The notes under the pieces are model-generated. The model had not been told where the DNA came from. It ran no database searches and saw only the letters and a program-made list of their open reading frames with translations. A DNA stretch of 64,000 bases, taken from the NCBI GenBank assembly GCA_964599625.1, contig CAZRGC010000004.1, positions 11,705-75,704 on the forward strand, read 5' to 3'. This DNA is from an uncultured Gammaproteobacteria bacterium. Its GTDB lineage: Bacteria > Patescibacteriota > Microgenomatia > UBA8517. Shown here in pieces: positions 19,014 through 28,281 of this stretch. Every line of letters starts with the position of its first letter. Position 1 is the stretch's first letter. Position numbers and translations under genes: made by a program.

Positions 19014-19874
19014 ATGGCCACACAAACCATTGCACAGAAAGTGCAACCTTTTTTGTTCATTCCGAGCAAAAAGAGCAACAAACAAGAAGTACTGGCAACA
19101 GAGGCTCTTGTTGCTGACCTAAACATTAGGATTGGGGCGATTAATACACGGCTTATGGACAAGACAGCTTTTTTGCCAGTCGAAACAGGGCCCGAGGAGC
19201 TTCGTAAACTCAAACGAAATCTGGAAGATACCAGGGATGCAAATCTGAAGGTCCTTGATGAACAAAGATTTCGCCTCTCCAGGCATGAACGTCACATCAA
19301 AATGGTCAGAGCAGGGTACCCGAATCAACTCGACCTTTCGTTTCTGGCTTCCACCAAAAACTTTCCAATAGGTGGAATTTTTGGCTTGGGGAGAACTCAA
19401 GCTTGGCCTGCTTTTGGGGTTGTAAATGTTCAGAACGAGGCAAAAACTTTCCAGATCGAAGCACGGGCTACAAGTAGTCCCTACGGAACAGACTCGTATC
19501 AGACCTATTTACCCAAACCGATGGGTCTACAGTATTCAGCTACCATTAATACACTCATCAAACTTTCGAAAAAAAGCGACTATTCAGGTGTCTTTTTGTC
19601 AGCCAAAGTTGGCGGAATAATGCCCGACACAACGCGTGACAAAATTTTGGAAGCGCTTGAGAAAAAGATTTTTGACCAGGTGTATATTGTATTCGAAGTT
19701 TTTGACTGGGAGTTGAATGTTGTCAAGCCTGTACCGCAAGATGACCCTATTGTAATAGGTTGGTGTAATGACACCGAACAGGCGTTCGTGATTGATATCT
19801 ATAACCCCACAGGGTTGGAGCAATACGTCGCCGATCAGTTTGGTTTCACCGCAACACTTCCCGAAGATCTCTGA
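19014..19874 (+). CDS. Hypothetical protein (286 aa)
   Basis: ORF with no recognisable domain. Followed by an intrinsic terminator. Confidence 0.35.
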   Translation: MATQTIAQKVQPFLFIPSKKSNKQEVLATEALVADLNIRIGAINTRLMDKTAFLPVETGPEELRKLKRNLEDTRDANLKVLDEQRFRLSRHERHIKMVRAGYPNQLDLSFLASTKNFPIGGIFGLGRTQAWPAFGVVNVQNEAKTFQIEARATSSPYGTDSYQTYLPKPMGLQYSATINTLIKLSKKSDYSGVFLSAKVGGIMPDTTRDKILEALEKKIFDQVYIVFEVFDWELNVVKPVPQDDPIVIGWCNDTEQAFVIDIYNPTGLEQYVADQFGFTATLPEDL

Positions 19875-19880
19875 GATTCC

Positions 19881-19918
19881 GCCCGTTAGGCAAACTATGC
19901 TTAACGGGCTTTTTTTTG
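19881..19918 (+). terminator. Rho-independent terminator
   Basis: Stem GCCCGTTA (19881-19888) pairs with TAACGGGC (19902-19909), followed by T8. Confidence 0.7.
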
Positions 19919-19966
19919 TGACCGCGAATTGTTGAAACTATCCTATAATAAGAGTATAATTCCGGC

Positions 19967-22192
19967 ATGGAAAGAGACTCGATTAAGTTGGACTACCCAA
20001 TGGCCGTTGGTGAGGCTAAAAAGCAGGAATTCAGGCATGGTGGAGTTTTGCTTCAATACCGAAGCAAAAACGGTTTGACCAGGCTTAAATCACCCTACGA
20101 ACTTGGTGTGGCTGATTTTGCTTCATTAGGGCTTGAAAACGCCCAGAAATTAAATAGCCACCTAAGAGAGACGAAATATCAAAAAACTATAGACATGGCT
20201 GAACGGGCAGCCAAACTTGTGGAGCAGGCTAAAACAGTTCATGTAGACGGTTTTTTGTTTCCCACAAAAGAAAAGCCTTTTACATGGGAACTCAGGCAAA
20301 AAATTGGTAAGGAAATTGAAAATCAAAAAAGACTACTCAAAAAACATGGTATTACAGAGGTAAAAGTTGGGGAAGAAATGGAGTTTGCCCTACCAGAAAA
20401 ACCTGTCGAAGGATTTTTTAAGTGGAGACAGGTTAAACGAACAATATTGGCAGGTTTAAGATGGGAGCTTTCAAAAGAAGAAGGCCCTACAAAAAGAAAA
20501 AGACTTAAGGAAAAAATCAGTCAGGTTTCCAAATTTAATGCCAGGGAGGTTCTAATGTATGACCTTATAGAACTTGATCCCAAAACAAGGGGAATTTTGG
20601 AACCACTATTTGGTGTTAGCAGAGACGGTGATGGTTACTACGACGCAAGAGGTGTGCTGGAGCTAAAATTCAAACCAACCGATCCAAATCAAGCAATAGA
20701 AAATAGAAAAACTGTACTTAAGACACTTTTTGACAAAGCGTTTGAATACGGACTGGAATTTCTGGATCAAGGACTTCCTGCATTTCATATAAATGTAAGC
20801 TTGTGGGACAAAAACGGGAATCTGTTTGCAGACAACCATCCTTCTTTTAATAGAAAAACCAAAAAAATCGTAGAAGGTGTAACTAGAGCTTTTTACGACT
20901 CTATGTTTGTACTAATGGGTAAATATGAAGCAAAGAGCGGAAATCTAAGAAAACTAAAGTTGGATGTAAATAGACTGGAAAGTCTGCGGTTTTCAAGCGA
21001 CAGGTTGGAGATAAGACCATCCGGGACCGACGGGATGCAAGACCCGGACATGATGCTTTCTGTTTTCCTTGCCGGGGCAATCTATGGATTGGAAAACAAA
21101 TGGAGAAATAATTTTGTAAGTGCCAAAAAAGTAAACAGTCCGACAGTTCACCACTCTCCAAGTATGGGTAAGGTTACTTCTCATGTAATCAATAACGCGA
21201 CAATAAAAGGTGATGGTTCATTGGATGTTGCAATGTTTTATATTAGGGAACACGACACAATTCTCGATTACGAACTGGGGATTACAGACGAGGAACCGGT
21301 AACCAATGTTCCTGGGTTTTTGAGAATGTTCTTCTCTTCGGATCACCTTCCTTATGTTGAAAAGTTTTTTAAACGTACAAAATATATTAAAAACAAAAAA
21401 GGTGAATACGAAATTATGTTTCCCGAAACCGCACCGGGCAAATACACTTTTTATTTACCATCACTCAATATGCAATACCTTCCAAAAGAATTGCGTGTAA
21501 GGATGATGAATGGGGAGGAGCTGCCCCGAAGTATCATGGAACAATACACACCGGTTGGAATGAGATTTCCCAGGATAGGTAAGTTTATAGATATCGATGT
21601 AAAAAGGTTGAAGAAAATTATTCAGCCCAGAGGCGTAAAATCAAAGTTTGTTGTCAGGTCCTACGACTACAACAAAAAAGCCTCCTCGGTTGTGCCAAGA
21701 AATTTTACAAATGAAGCCTGGGCAAGGTATCAACGTCTCAAATACAGCAGGACACTTGCGGGTACAATGAGCAAAGATGCCAAAAAGGAGTTTAAAAAGG
21801 CAGCCAGGAAGTTTGTTAAAAACGAAAGTGTTCCAAAAAAAGAACCCGTGACCCGAAAATCAGTGGCTTCCGCGTTTTTCCACAAAATAGCCGACCGTGA
21901 TTATTATCATCACAAAACACCTGCTTGGGTTTTGCAATATATTAAGGAAAGAGGAGAAGTGGAAGGCCAAGACTATTTGATGTCGAGTTTGCAGGTAAAA
22001 TTTGAAATGGTTAAAGACGGGGAGGCTTATGGTGTATTTTTAAAGAGAGTGCTTTATGGAATAAATAAGAGATATGTCAGAAAACACAAATATGTAGTTG
22101 ATGTTAAAGAGCACAACAACGGTTATTCCGACGTCACTGTGAGCATTAGCCCAAGACTTATGAAAGTTCTCAGAAAACTTGTCCAAAAGTAG
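19967..22192 (+). CDS. Glutamine synthetase-fold protein, type III-size (GlnN-like) carboxylate-amine ligase
   Basis: GEEMEFAL resembles the GS GPEPEFF motif. HINVSLWDKNGNLFAD aligns with GS HCHMSLSKNGVNLFAG. GNLRKL aligns with NSYKRL. RLEIRPSGTDGMQDPDMMLSVFLAGAIYGLENK aligns with [31 protein letters not shown]. 741 aa, similar to GS-III length. Confidence 0.5.
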   Translation: MERDSIKLDYPMAVGEAKKQEFRHGGVLLQYRSKNGLTRLKSPYELGVADFASLGLENAQKLNSHLRETKYQKTIDMAERAAKLVEQAKTVHVDGFLFPTKEKPFTWELRQKIGKEIENQKRLLKKHGITEVKVGEEMEFALPEKPVEGFFKWRQVKRTILAGLRWELSKEEGPTKRKRLKEKISQVSKFNAREVLMYDLIELDPKTRGILEPLFGVSRDGDGYYDARGVLELKFKPTDPNQAIENRKTVLKTLFDKAFEYGLEFLDQGLPAFHINVSLWDKNGNLFADNHPSFNRKTKKIVEGVTRAFYDSMFVLMGKYEAKSGNLRKLKLDVNRLESLRFSSDRLEIRPSGTDGMQDPDMMLSVFLAGAIYGLENKWRNNFVSAKKVNSPTVHHSPSMGKVTSHVINNATIKGDGSLDVAMFYIREHDTILDYELGITDEEPVTNVPGFLRMFFSSDHLPYVEKFFKRTKYIKNKKGEYEIMFPETAPGKYTFYLPSLNMQYLPKELRVRMMNGEELPRSIMEQYTPVGMRFPRIGKFIDIDVKRLKKIIQPRGVKSKFVVRSYDYNKKASSVVPRNFTNEAWARYQRLKYSRTLAGTMSKDAKKEFKKAARKFVKNESVPKKEPVTRKSVASAFFHKIADRDYYHHKTPAWVLQYIKERGEVEGQDYLMSSLQVKFEMVKDGEAYGVFLKRVLYGINKRYVRKHKYVVDVKEHNNGYSDVTVSISPRLMKVLRKLVQK

Positions 22193-22196
22193 TACT

Positions 22197-23738
22197 TCAG
22201 TAAATTAATGACTCCTGAAGATTTTTGTATTTTTCTCCGTCTATCTGTATATCATAGAAACTCCCCGTCGTTTTATACGGTTCAGCGCCAACGATTGAAC
22301 TAATTCTTTGGGCTTCTGAGTCACATTGGTGTTTTTTGACAATATCAAATATATAAATTTCAGGTGGTTGGGTTGTGCACACAATTCGTATTTTATCTGG
22401 CACGATCCTAAAGCATTCACCCTCTAAACTAACGGGACAAAATTCTTTTGGAAAAAGTTCATACTTGTCTTTGTTTACAAGATAATCGTAATACCAGACG
22501 TTTAATGACATCCAATATATAAGTTTGTTATTGCGCTCCGACAATACAAGCAACAAGGTTTTTTTATCAGTTTCACTTACCAGTTTTTGTGCATAATTTT
22601 TCGACAAACGGTAATGAGATTCGTTAAAGTTTCTAAGTCTGGGAAGTGAAGATGTTGGGATAATAATAAATATTAAAATAAAGACGACTCCAAATATAAG
22701 TCTAGATGGAAATTTTTTGAACGGTTTTTGTGACAGATTTTCCAATAAACATCCTAAAACTACGTAAAGAACCGGGTAAACAAATATTCCTTTATAAAAC
22801 TGACCAAACCTGGATATTAGCACTGTGGAAATAAACCAATATGCAATTAAAATCAAAACAGTTTTTTTTCGATTTTCGTTTTTAAACTTGGACTTTATAA
22901 GATAGGTAACCAATGAAATAATTAAAAACAAACCCAGAAAGACTGTCTCAGGTTTGTTGTAAAACTGTTGGATTATGTTTTCTATTACTCCGGGTTTGTA
23001 AACTTCTGTGGCAGGAAAAAACAGGTTTTGAAAGTTGGACTTTATAAAATTATATAGGGAAAACTGGAGAATAGATTTAAAGTTAAAAAGCAAAAAGAAA
23101 AATACAGTTGAAGCAACATACAAATACTTACTGGCAGTTTTCTTTGTGAGAAATACAATTAGAACAGCCGATAAGACAAGTTGAAAATTCAGAGCATAAG
23201 AGAATGTGGTTAAAGAAGCAGTCAAAAAAAGAGAAAAGATAATAAGGGGCGATTTCTGATTTTTACTAAGCAACTCTTTGATTAATATGTATAACGCAAC
23301 AAAAGCAAAAGGTAGCGGAAGATACGCAGAGTAGACTACAGTACTAACCTCAAGGAGAATAGGGGACGTTAGTGCCACGAGCATTGCAATTATACCTCCG
23401 CTCTCCGAACTCAAAAGTTTTGCAATTTTGTAAATTAATATTGGCAAGAGCGAAGTCAGAAAAATATGAAATACTAAGGTTGATTCATATGTGTTGTTTA
23501 CAAGTCTCAAAAAAGCCAACAAAAATGTGTAATAAGGTGGGTACCTTACATTGAGTCCTGAATTTGTGATTCCTTCCTGAACTATAAATTTACCGTCTTT
23601 TAGATCATTTACAATTTTTACCGCAAAAAACTGGTCGTTTGCAGTGTCTTGGAACCATACAAGATTTTGCAAAACTAATGCCAGTCTGAAAACAAAAAGG
23701 CATATGAAAAATATTGTTATTAGTTTACTTCTGATCAT
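22197..23738 (-). CDS. GT-C fold membrane glycosyltransferase (ArnT/PMT family-like)
   Basis: About 11-13 TM helices in the N-terminal two thirds plus a soluble C-terminal domain. Resembles GT39/GT83 topology. No sequence motif verified. Confidence 0.45.
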   Translation of the reverse strand: MIRSKLITIFFICLFVFRLALVLQNLVWFQDTANDQFFAVKIVNDLKDGKFIVQEGITNSGLNVRYPPYYTFLLAFLRLVNNTYESTLVFHIFLTSLLPILIYKIAKLLSSESGGIIAMLVALTSPILLEVSTVVYSAYLPLPFAFVALYILIKELLSKNQKSPLIIFSLFLTASLTTFSYALNFQLVLSAVLIVFLTKKTASKYLYVASTVFFFLLFNFKSILQFSLYNFIKSNFQNLFFPATEVYKPGVIENIIQQFYNKPETVFLGLFLIISLVTYLIKSKFKNENRKKTVLILIAYWFISTVLISRFGQFYKGIFVYPVLYVVLGCLLENLSQKPFKKFPSRLIFGVVFILIFIIIPTSSLPRLRNFNESHYRLSKNYAQKLVSETDKKTLLLVLSERNNKLIYWMSLNVWYYDYLVNKDKYELFPKEFCPVSLEGECFRIVPDKIRIVCTTQPPEIYIFDIVKKHQCDSEAQRISSIVGAEPYKTTGSFYDIQIDGEKYKNLQESLIY

Positions 23739-23785
23739 TAGTTTTTTTTGGATTGAGACTTTGCTGCTGATATTAACTACTTATA

Positions 23786-25000
23786 TTGCTACAATTACAT
23801 TTTGTAAATATGTTCAAAAGCAATAGAAACCTATTGATCATAGCCTTGGTGGCACTTGTCAATATGTTGGGATATGGAATTATTATCCCCATTTTATACT
23901 CGTATGCGAAAAAATTTGGGTTGACCGATTTCCAAAATGGCCTCCTGTTTGCATCCTTTTCGATTTGCCAGTTTATTTCTACTCCAATAATAGGAAGAAT
24001 GTCCGATAAATACGGAAGGCGTCCGTTACTCATTATTTCTATAACTGGTACTGCTATATCGTTCCTCATGATGGCTTTTGCACCTAATTTCATATTTTTA
24101 TTTTTGGCAAGAATGCTGGACGGTTTAACCGCAGGAAATATTCCTGTTGCCTTTGCTGTAATATCAGATTCCACAATTCCGGAAGACCGGGGAAAAGCCT
24201 TTGGAATGGTTAGTGCCGCTTTTAATTTTGGATTCATTTTTGGACCTGCTATATCTGCAATAACTTTAGGATTTGGAACCGGCGCCCCATTTTTAGTTGC
24301 AGCACTTGTAACCATTGTCGCTGTCGTTATTACAGCTTTGTTTTTACCTGAAACAAACAAACACATTGGTGAAGTTAAAAAAGAAAAAATTTTCGATTTT
24401 GCGAAAATGTGGCACACACTTTTTGAGCCGAATGTTGGACCAACATTCGTAGTTTCGCTTTTGTATTTTCTTGCTTTTTCCTGCTCTGTGATTTATGGAT
24501 TTCAACCTTTTGTCACCAAAGTTTTGGGAATATCTGCACAAACAAACTCAGTGCTTTTTACCATTTTTGGTATATGCGGATTAATAACGCAAACCTTTCT
24601 TGTACAATTTTTTAGTAAAAAGTGGGGAGTGAAAAAAGCATTTACAATGTCAATGTTATTGGTTGCGTTTTCATTTTTGTTGATGTTTTTGGCACGCTCC
24701 TTGGTTGTTTTTGGTGTGGCCATGGCAGTTTTGGCAGTGTTCAACGGAATCGGGCAGACCTTGATACCTGCCATTCTTTCCAAAGAGGCTGATGATAAAT
24801 CGCAGGGTTCAATAATGGGACTTAATGCTTCTTATCAAAGTATTGGGATGATAGTTGGACCAATTTTGGGCGGAATTATTGCCTCAGCAGTCTCTATTCC
24901 TGCTACTTTTTCGGTGGGTATGGTTTTGGTGTTGGTGTGTTATTTTTTGTCTTTCAAAATGCTTAGGCCGGGTGTACATAAAGAGTCTGCTTTTAGTTAA
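23786..25000 (+). CDS. MFS transporter (DHA1/TetA-like)
   Basis: 12 TM. Motif A-like GRMSDKYGRRP between TM2 and TM3. Alternative start at 23810. Confidence 0.8.
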   Translation: MLQLHFVNMFKSNRNLLIIALVALVNMLGYGIIIPILYSYAKKFGLTDFQNGLLFASFSICQFISTPIIGRMSDKYGRRPLLIISITGTAISFLMMAFAPNFIFLFLARMLDGLTAGNIPVAFAVISDSTIPEDRGKAFGMVSAAFNFGFIFGPAISAITLGFGTGAPFLVAALVTIVAVVITALFLPETNKHIGEVKKEKIFDFAKMWHTLFEPNVGPTFVVSLLYFLAFSCSVIYGFQPFVTKVLGISAQTNSVLFTIFGICGLITQTFLVQFFSKKWGVKKAFTMSMLLVAFSFLLMFLARSLVVFGVAMAVLAVFNGIGQTLIPAILSKEADDKSQGSIMGLNASYQSIGMIVGPILGGIIASAVSIPATFSVGMVLVLVCYFLSFKMLRPGVHKESAFS

Positions 25001-25045
25001 GTCTTCTTCACTGGATTTTTGTAGTATCGAATATATACTCACGAT

Positions 25046-25744
25046 ATGGCAATAGAAAATGAAATTCACGAGGCGCAAGCCAAGATCTTGACGGCACTTT
25101 TGTTTACCCCCGGGTCCAGGTTTAGAGACCTCAATAAACTAGGCCTTTCCACAGATCACTTTACATTTCATATTAAAAAATTATTGGAGTTGGGTTTGGT
25201 TTCCAAATCCGGAGTTAAATATTCACTTACAGAAAAAGGCAAAGAGTTTTCAAACAGAATGGACACAGACACCTCCAAGATAGAAAGGCAGCCTAAAGTT
25301 GCAGTGCTTGTGGTTGGTATTAAAAATATTGGAAGAAAAACTTTGATACTTACCCAAAAAAGACTTAAAGAACCATTTTACGGGTACACTGGTTTTATAA
25401 CTGGAAAAGTCAGATGGGGTGAAAGTCTTTTGCAAGCAGCCAAAAGAGAACTTTTGGAAGAATCTGGACTAAGTGCATCTAAAATCACTTTTTGCGGAAT
25501 CGAACACAAAACAGATGTTAAAGGCGGTGAGATTAAAGAGGACAAATTATTTTTTATTTATAAGGCAGAAATATCGAATGATAACCTTATAAAAAAGTTT
25601 ATCGGTGGAGAGAATAGATGGTTGGAAGTTGTGGAAGTCAGAAAAATGGAGAACAAATTTGGAGACATTGACGACATTCTGGAAATTGTTCAGAAAACAA
25701 ACATTACCTTCAAAGAAAACATATTTGAAATCATGGATTACTAG
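25046..25744 (+). CDS. Winged-helix DNA-binding domain fused to NUDIX hydrolase
   Basis: N-terminal wHTH (LTALLFTPGSRFRDLNKLGLSTDHFTFHIKKLLELGLV). Nudix box GKVRWGESLLQAAKRELLEESGL (Gx5Ex7REUxEExGU). Confidence 0.6.
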   Translation: MAIENEIHEAQAKILTALLFTPGSRFRDLNKLGLSTDHFTFHIKKLLELGLVSKSGVKYSLTEKGKEFSNRMDTDTSKIERQPKVAVLVVGIKNIGRKTLILTQKRLKEPFYGYTGFITGKVRWGESLLQAAKRELLEESGLSASKITFCGIEHKTDVKGGEIKEDKLFFIYKAEISNDNLIKKFIGGENRWLEVVEVRKMENKFGDIDDILEIVQKTNITFKENIFEIMDY

Positions 25745-25786
25745 TATCAGGAACATCTCAGACTTTTTGATGTAATATAATACTGT

Positions 25787-26494
25787 ATGGATGATGATCC
25801 TCAGGCAAAAGACTTGGTCCCCTTTGTTGGCGAGCCCGGTTTGGAAGATAAAGCTCAAAAGATATTAGAAGATACAATTTCTGAGGTAGGTAGAGAGGCA
25901 AGGGAAAAGGGCAGTTATTACGCAGTCCTCACTGAATCTCAAAAATCAGTTGTAAAAATGTTGGTTGAATCTAACTTTAATTATTATAACGACAGATTCA
26001 AGGTCGACCTCTACGAGTTTACAGAAGCAATGTCCGAAAACTACCTTGTAAAAACAAGAGTCTTTGCGCCAATTGTTGAACTCGCAGGATTCGAAAGCCA
26101 CGAAGAAGCTGGAGATATATCTTTTACGAAGGATACAGAAATGGCATGTCTTTCAGTTAACGGTTCTTATGTTATGACTGGGGCCGGGACTGTTGGTTCC
26201 GTTGAGGGTGGGCCGATGACTTATACAAGACTTCCGTTAAGAGAAGGTGACACAAAAGCGGTTAATGTGCATTACGACAAAGGAGTAAGGCTAACCTATG
26301 TTCCCGAAAGGGGCGACCGTTTCCACGCAATCACTCCCGGAGCGCCACTCCATACCTCGGCGCTTATAGAGGTTTATGCCAGAAATCCGGATACAAGTTC
26401 GGGTGATACAGTTGACGCGGTAGCGCACACTGTTACTCAGTCGTACACACATATTGACAGAAGAACCATGTCGGGCTTCAAACCTAGAGAATAA
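25787..26494 (+). CDS. Hypothetical protein (235 aa)
   Basis: ORF with no recognisable domain. In the operon with the Nudix gene. Confidence 0.35.
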   Translation: MDDDPQAKDLVPFVGEPGLEDKAQKILEDTISEVGREAREKGSYYAVLTESQKSVVKMLVESNFNYYNDRFKVDLYEFTEAMSENYLVKTRVFAPIVELAGFESHEEAGDISFTKDTEMACLSVNGSYVMTGAGTVGSVEGGPMTYTRLPLREGDTKAVNVHYDKGVRLTYVPERGDRFHAITPGAPLHTSALIEVYARNPDTSSGDTVDAVAHTVTQSYTHIDRRTMSGFKPRE

Positions 26495-27534
26495 TGAGTT
26501 TAAGAAATATTTTATCGGTGTTTGTATATTTGATGTTTGGTTTTGTTGTTGGATATTTCGCATATAAAAATTTTTACAAAATTTCACCTACTTTGGAGTT
26601 TGCAGGGAAAGGAAATGAATATATTCAACAAGATGTACCGTTTAAAGAACTTACAATTCCATTTCTTCGAAGCAGGAGTTATTCCTCCGAACTTGGAGAA
26701 ATGTCGGTTTACAAAAAATCCGCAAACTACACAAGTTATCTAACGAGTTACGATTCTGATGGTTTAAAAATAAACGGTTTGTTAACTGTCCCCAATAACG
26801 ATTTTGGACAAAAGCATCCTGCGATTGTTTTTGTTCATGGCTATATAGCCCCAACAATTTACAAAACAACAGAAAAATATGTGGAGTATGTGGATTATTT
26901 GGCAAGAAACGGATATGTGGTTTTCAAGATCGACCTAAGAGGTCATGGCGAAAGTCAGGGGGAAGCAAACGGCGCGTATTATTCGGGAGACTATGTTATT
27001 GACACCATAAATGCATACAAAGCTCTTGAATCGGCAGATTTTGTGGACAAAGGAAAAATAGGTTTATGGGGGCACAGCATGGCCGGGAATGTTGCGTTGA
27101 GGACAGCTGCTGTTCTTAAAAATATTCCCGCAACTGCAATATGGGCAGGGGCAGGGTTTACTTATACTGATCTTTTGGCTTACCGCATATCCGACAACTC
27201 ATATAGACCTCCTGAGCAGAACACTCAAAGAGCAACAAGACGCCAGGAACTAAGGAATACTTATGGAGACTTTGACCCAAATAGCGACTTCTGGAAGTTG
27301 GTTCCTGGGGCAAATTATCTTCGTGACTTTTTGGGAGTCATTGGACTTTTTCATTCTGCCGATGACGATGTGGTGAGTGTTGAATATTCCAGAAATCTCA
27401 AAAAACTATTGGATGAGGCGCAAGTAGAAAATGAATATCACGAATATGGTTCCGGAGGACATAATATTTCTGGGTCAAATTTCGGAAGAGCAATGCAAAC
27501 AACAGTTAATTTTTTTGACAAATTTCTTAAATAA
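26494..27534 (+). CDS. Membrane-anchored alpha/beta hydrolase (S9/dienelactone hydrolase-like)
   Basis: N-terminal TM. Nucleophile elbow GLWGHSMAGN (GxSxG). Downstream Asp (ADDDV) and His (GGHN). Start overlaps the previous stop (ATGA). Confidence 0.6.
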   Translation: MSLRNILSVFVYLMFGFVVGYFAYKNFYKISPTLEFAGKGNEYIQQDVPFKELTIPFLRSRSYSSELGEMSVYKKSANYTSYLTSYDSDGLKINGLLTVPNNDFGQKHPAIVFVHGYIAPTIYKTTEKYVEYVDYLARNGYVVFKIDLRGHGESQGEANGAYYSGDYVIDTINAYKALESADFVDKGKIGLWGHSMAGNVALRTAAVLKNIPATAIWAGAGFTYTDLLAYRISDNSYRPPEQNTQRATRRQELRNTYGDFDPNSDFWKLVPGANYLRDFLGVIGLFHSADDDVVSVEYSRNLKKLLDEAQVENEYHEYGSGGHNISGSNFGRAMQTTVNFFDKFLK

Positions 27535-27568
27535 CAAATAGTGCTGTTGGTGTTACAATGTTTCCAGA

Positions 27569-28279
27569 ATGGAAGACCGCCCACAGTCAGATGAAACAGG
27601 CAATGTCACCCCGGAGTTGTACGACATTTCACAACTTCCTGATAAGTCTTCATTTAAGGACGCAAACGGTTACAGAAAAGCTTTTGTTACTGCAATGAGG
27701 TCGGTTGTAGACCAACTTAAAACACAAATTGATCAGGGAAATAAAACAGATTGGGTGTTTCTTACCGGCCAATTTCGGGAAAAATACTTTGTAGATACAT
27801 TTGGGAATATTACCGATGATGATTGGGACTATGCAAGCCAAAGCGGTATAGGCGCCAGCAGTGAGTTGTCTTTTGCGTATGCACCTGTCCCCATGATGGT
27901 TCGTGTGTGGGAAGAAATGACAAAAGCACCAGGGCAGGAAAATTTAGCTTTTTACCGCGGTGCCGACTTGAAAGAAGACGGAAGTTTTGGTGCAGATTGG
28001 GCACCAGCAGGACTTACGGAGGCATTGGATTATGTAAAAAAGGGACAGGGTGGTGCCAAGGCAGAGACAAGAGAAAACCCTGGTTTGGTTGAGGTTTCAT
28101 TTAAATCTGTGGTTGAAGCATATAAAAAAGGTAAAGCGAGTTTGGAGCTGGAACATGGATTTGGAACCGGCTCTGTAAATTTTTTACTGAGTGGTGATGC
28201 TTTGAAAAATGTAAACAAATGGAAAGTAAGTAATAACGTGCCTCCAGTGGGTAATCTGGCGGCTGTTTTTGTATCCTAA
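27569..28279 (+). CDS. Hypothetical protein (236 aa)
   Basis: ORF with no recognisable domain. Confidence 0.35.
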   Translation: MEDRPQSDETGNVTPELYDISQLPDKSSFKDANGYRKAFVTAMRSVVDQLKTQIDQGNKTDWVFLTGQFREKYFVDTFGNITDDDWDYASQSGIGASSELSFAYAPVPMMVRVWEEMTKAPGQENLAFYRGADLKEDGSFGADWAPAGLTEALDYVKKGQGGAKAETRENPGLVEVSFKSVVEAYKKGKASLELEHGFGTGSVNFLLSGDALKNVNKWKVSNNVPPVGNLAAVFVS

Positions 28280-28281
28280 AT

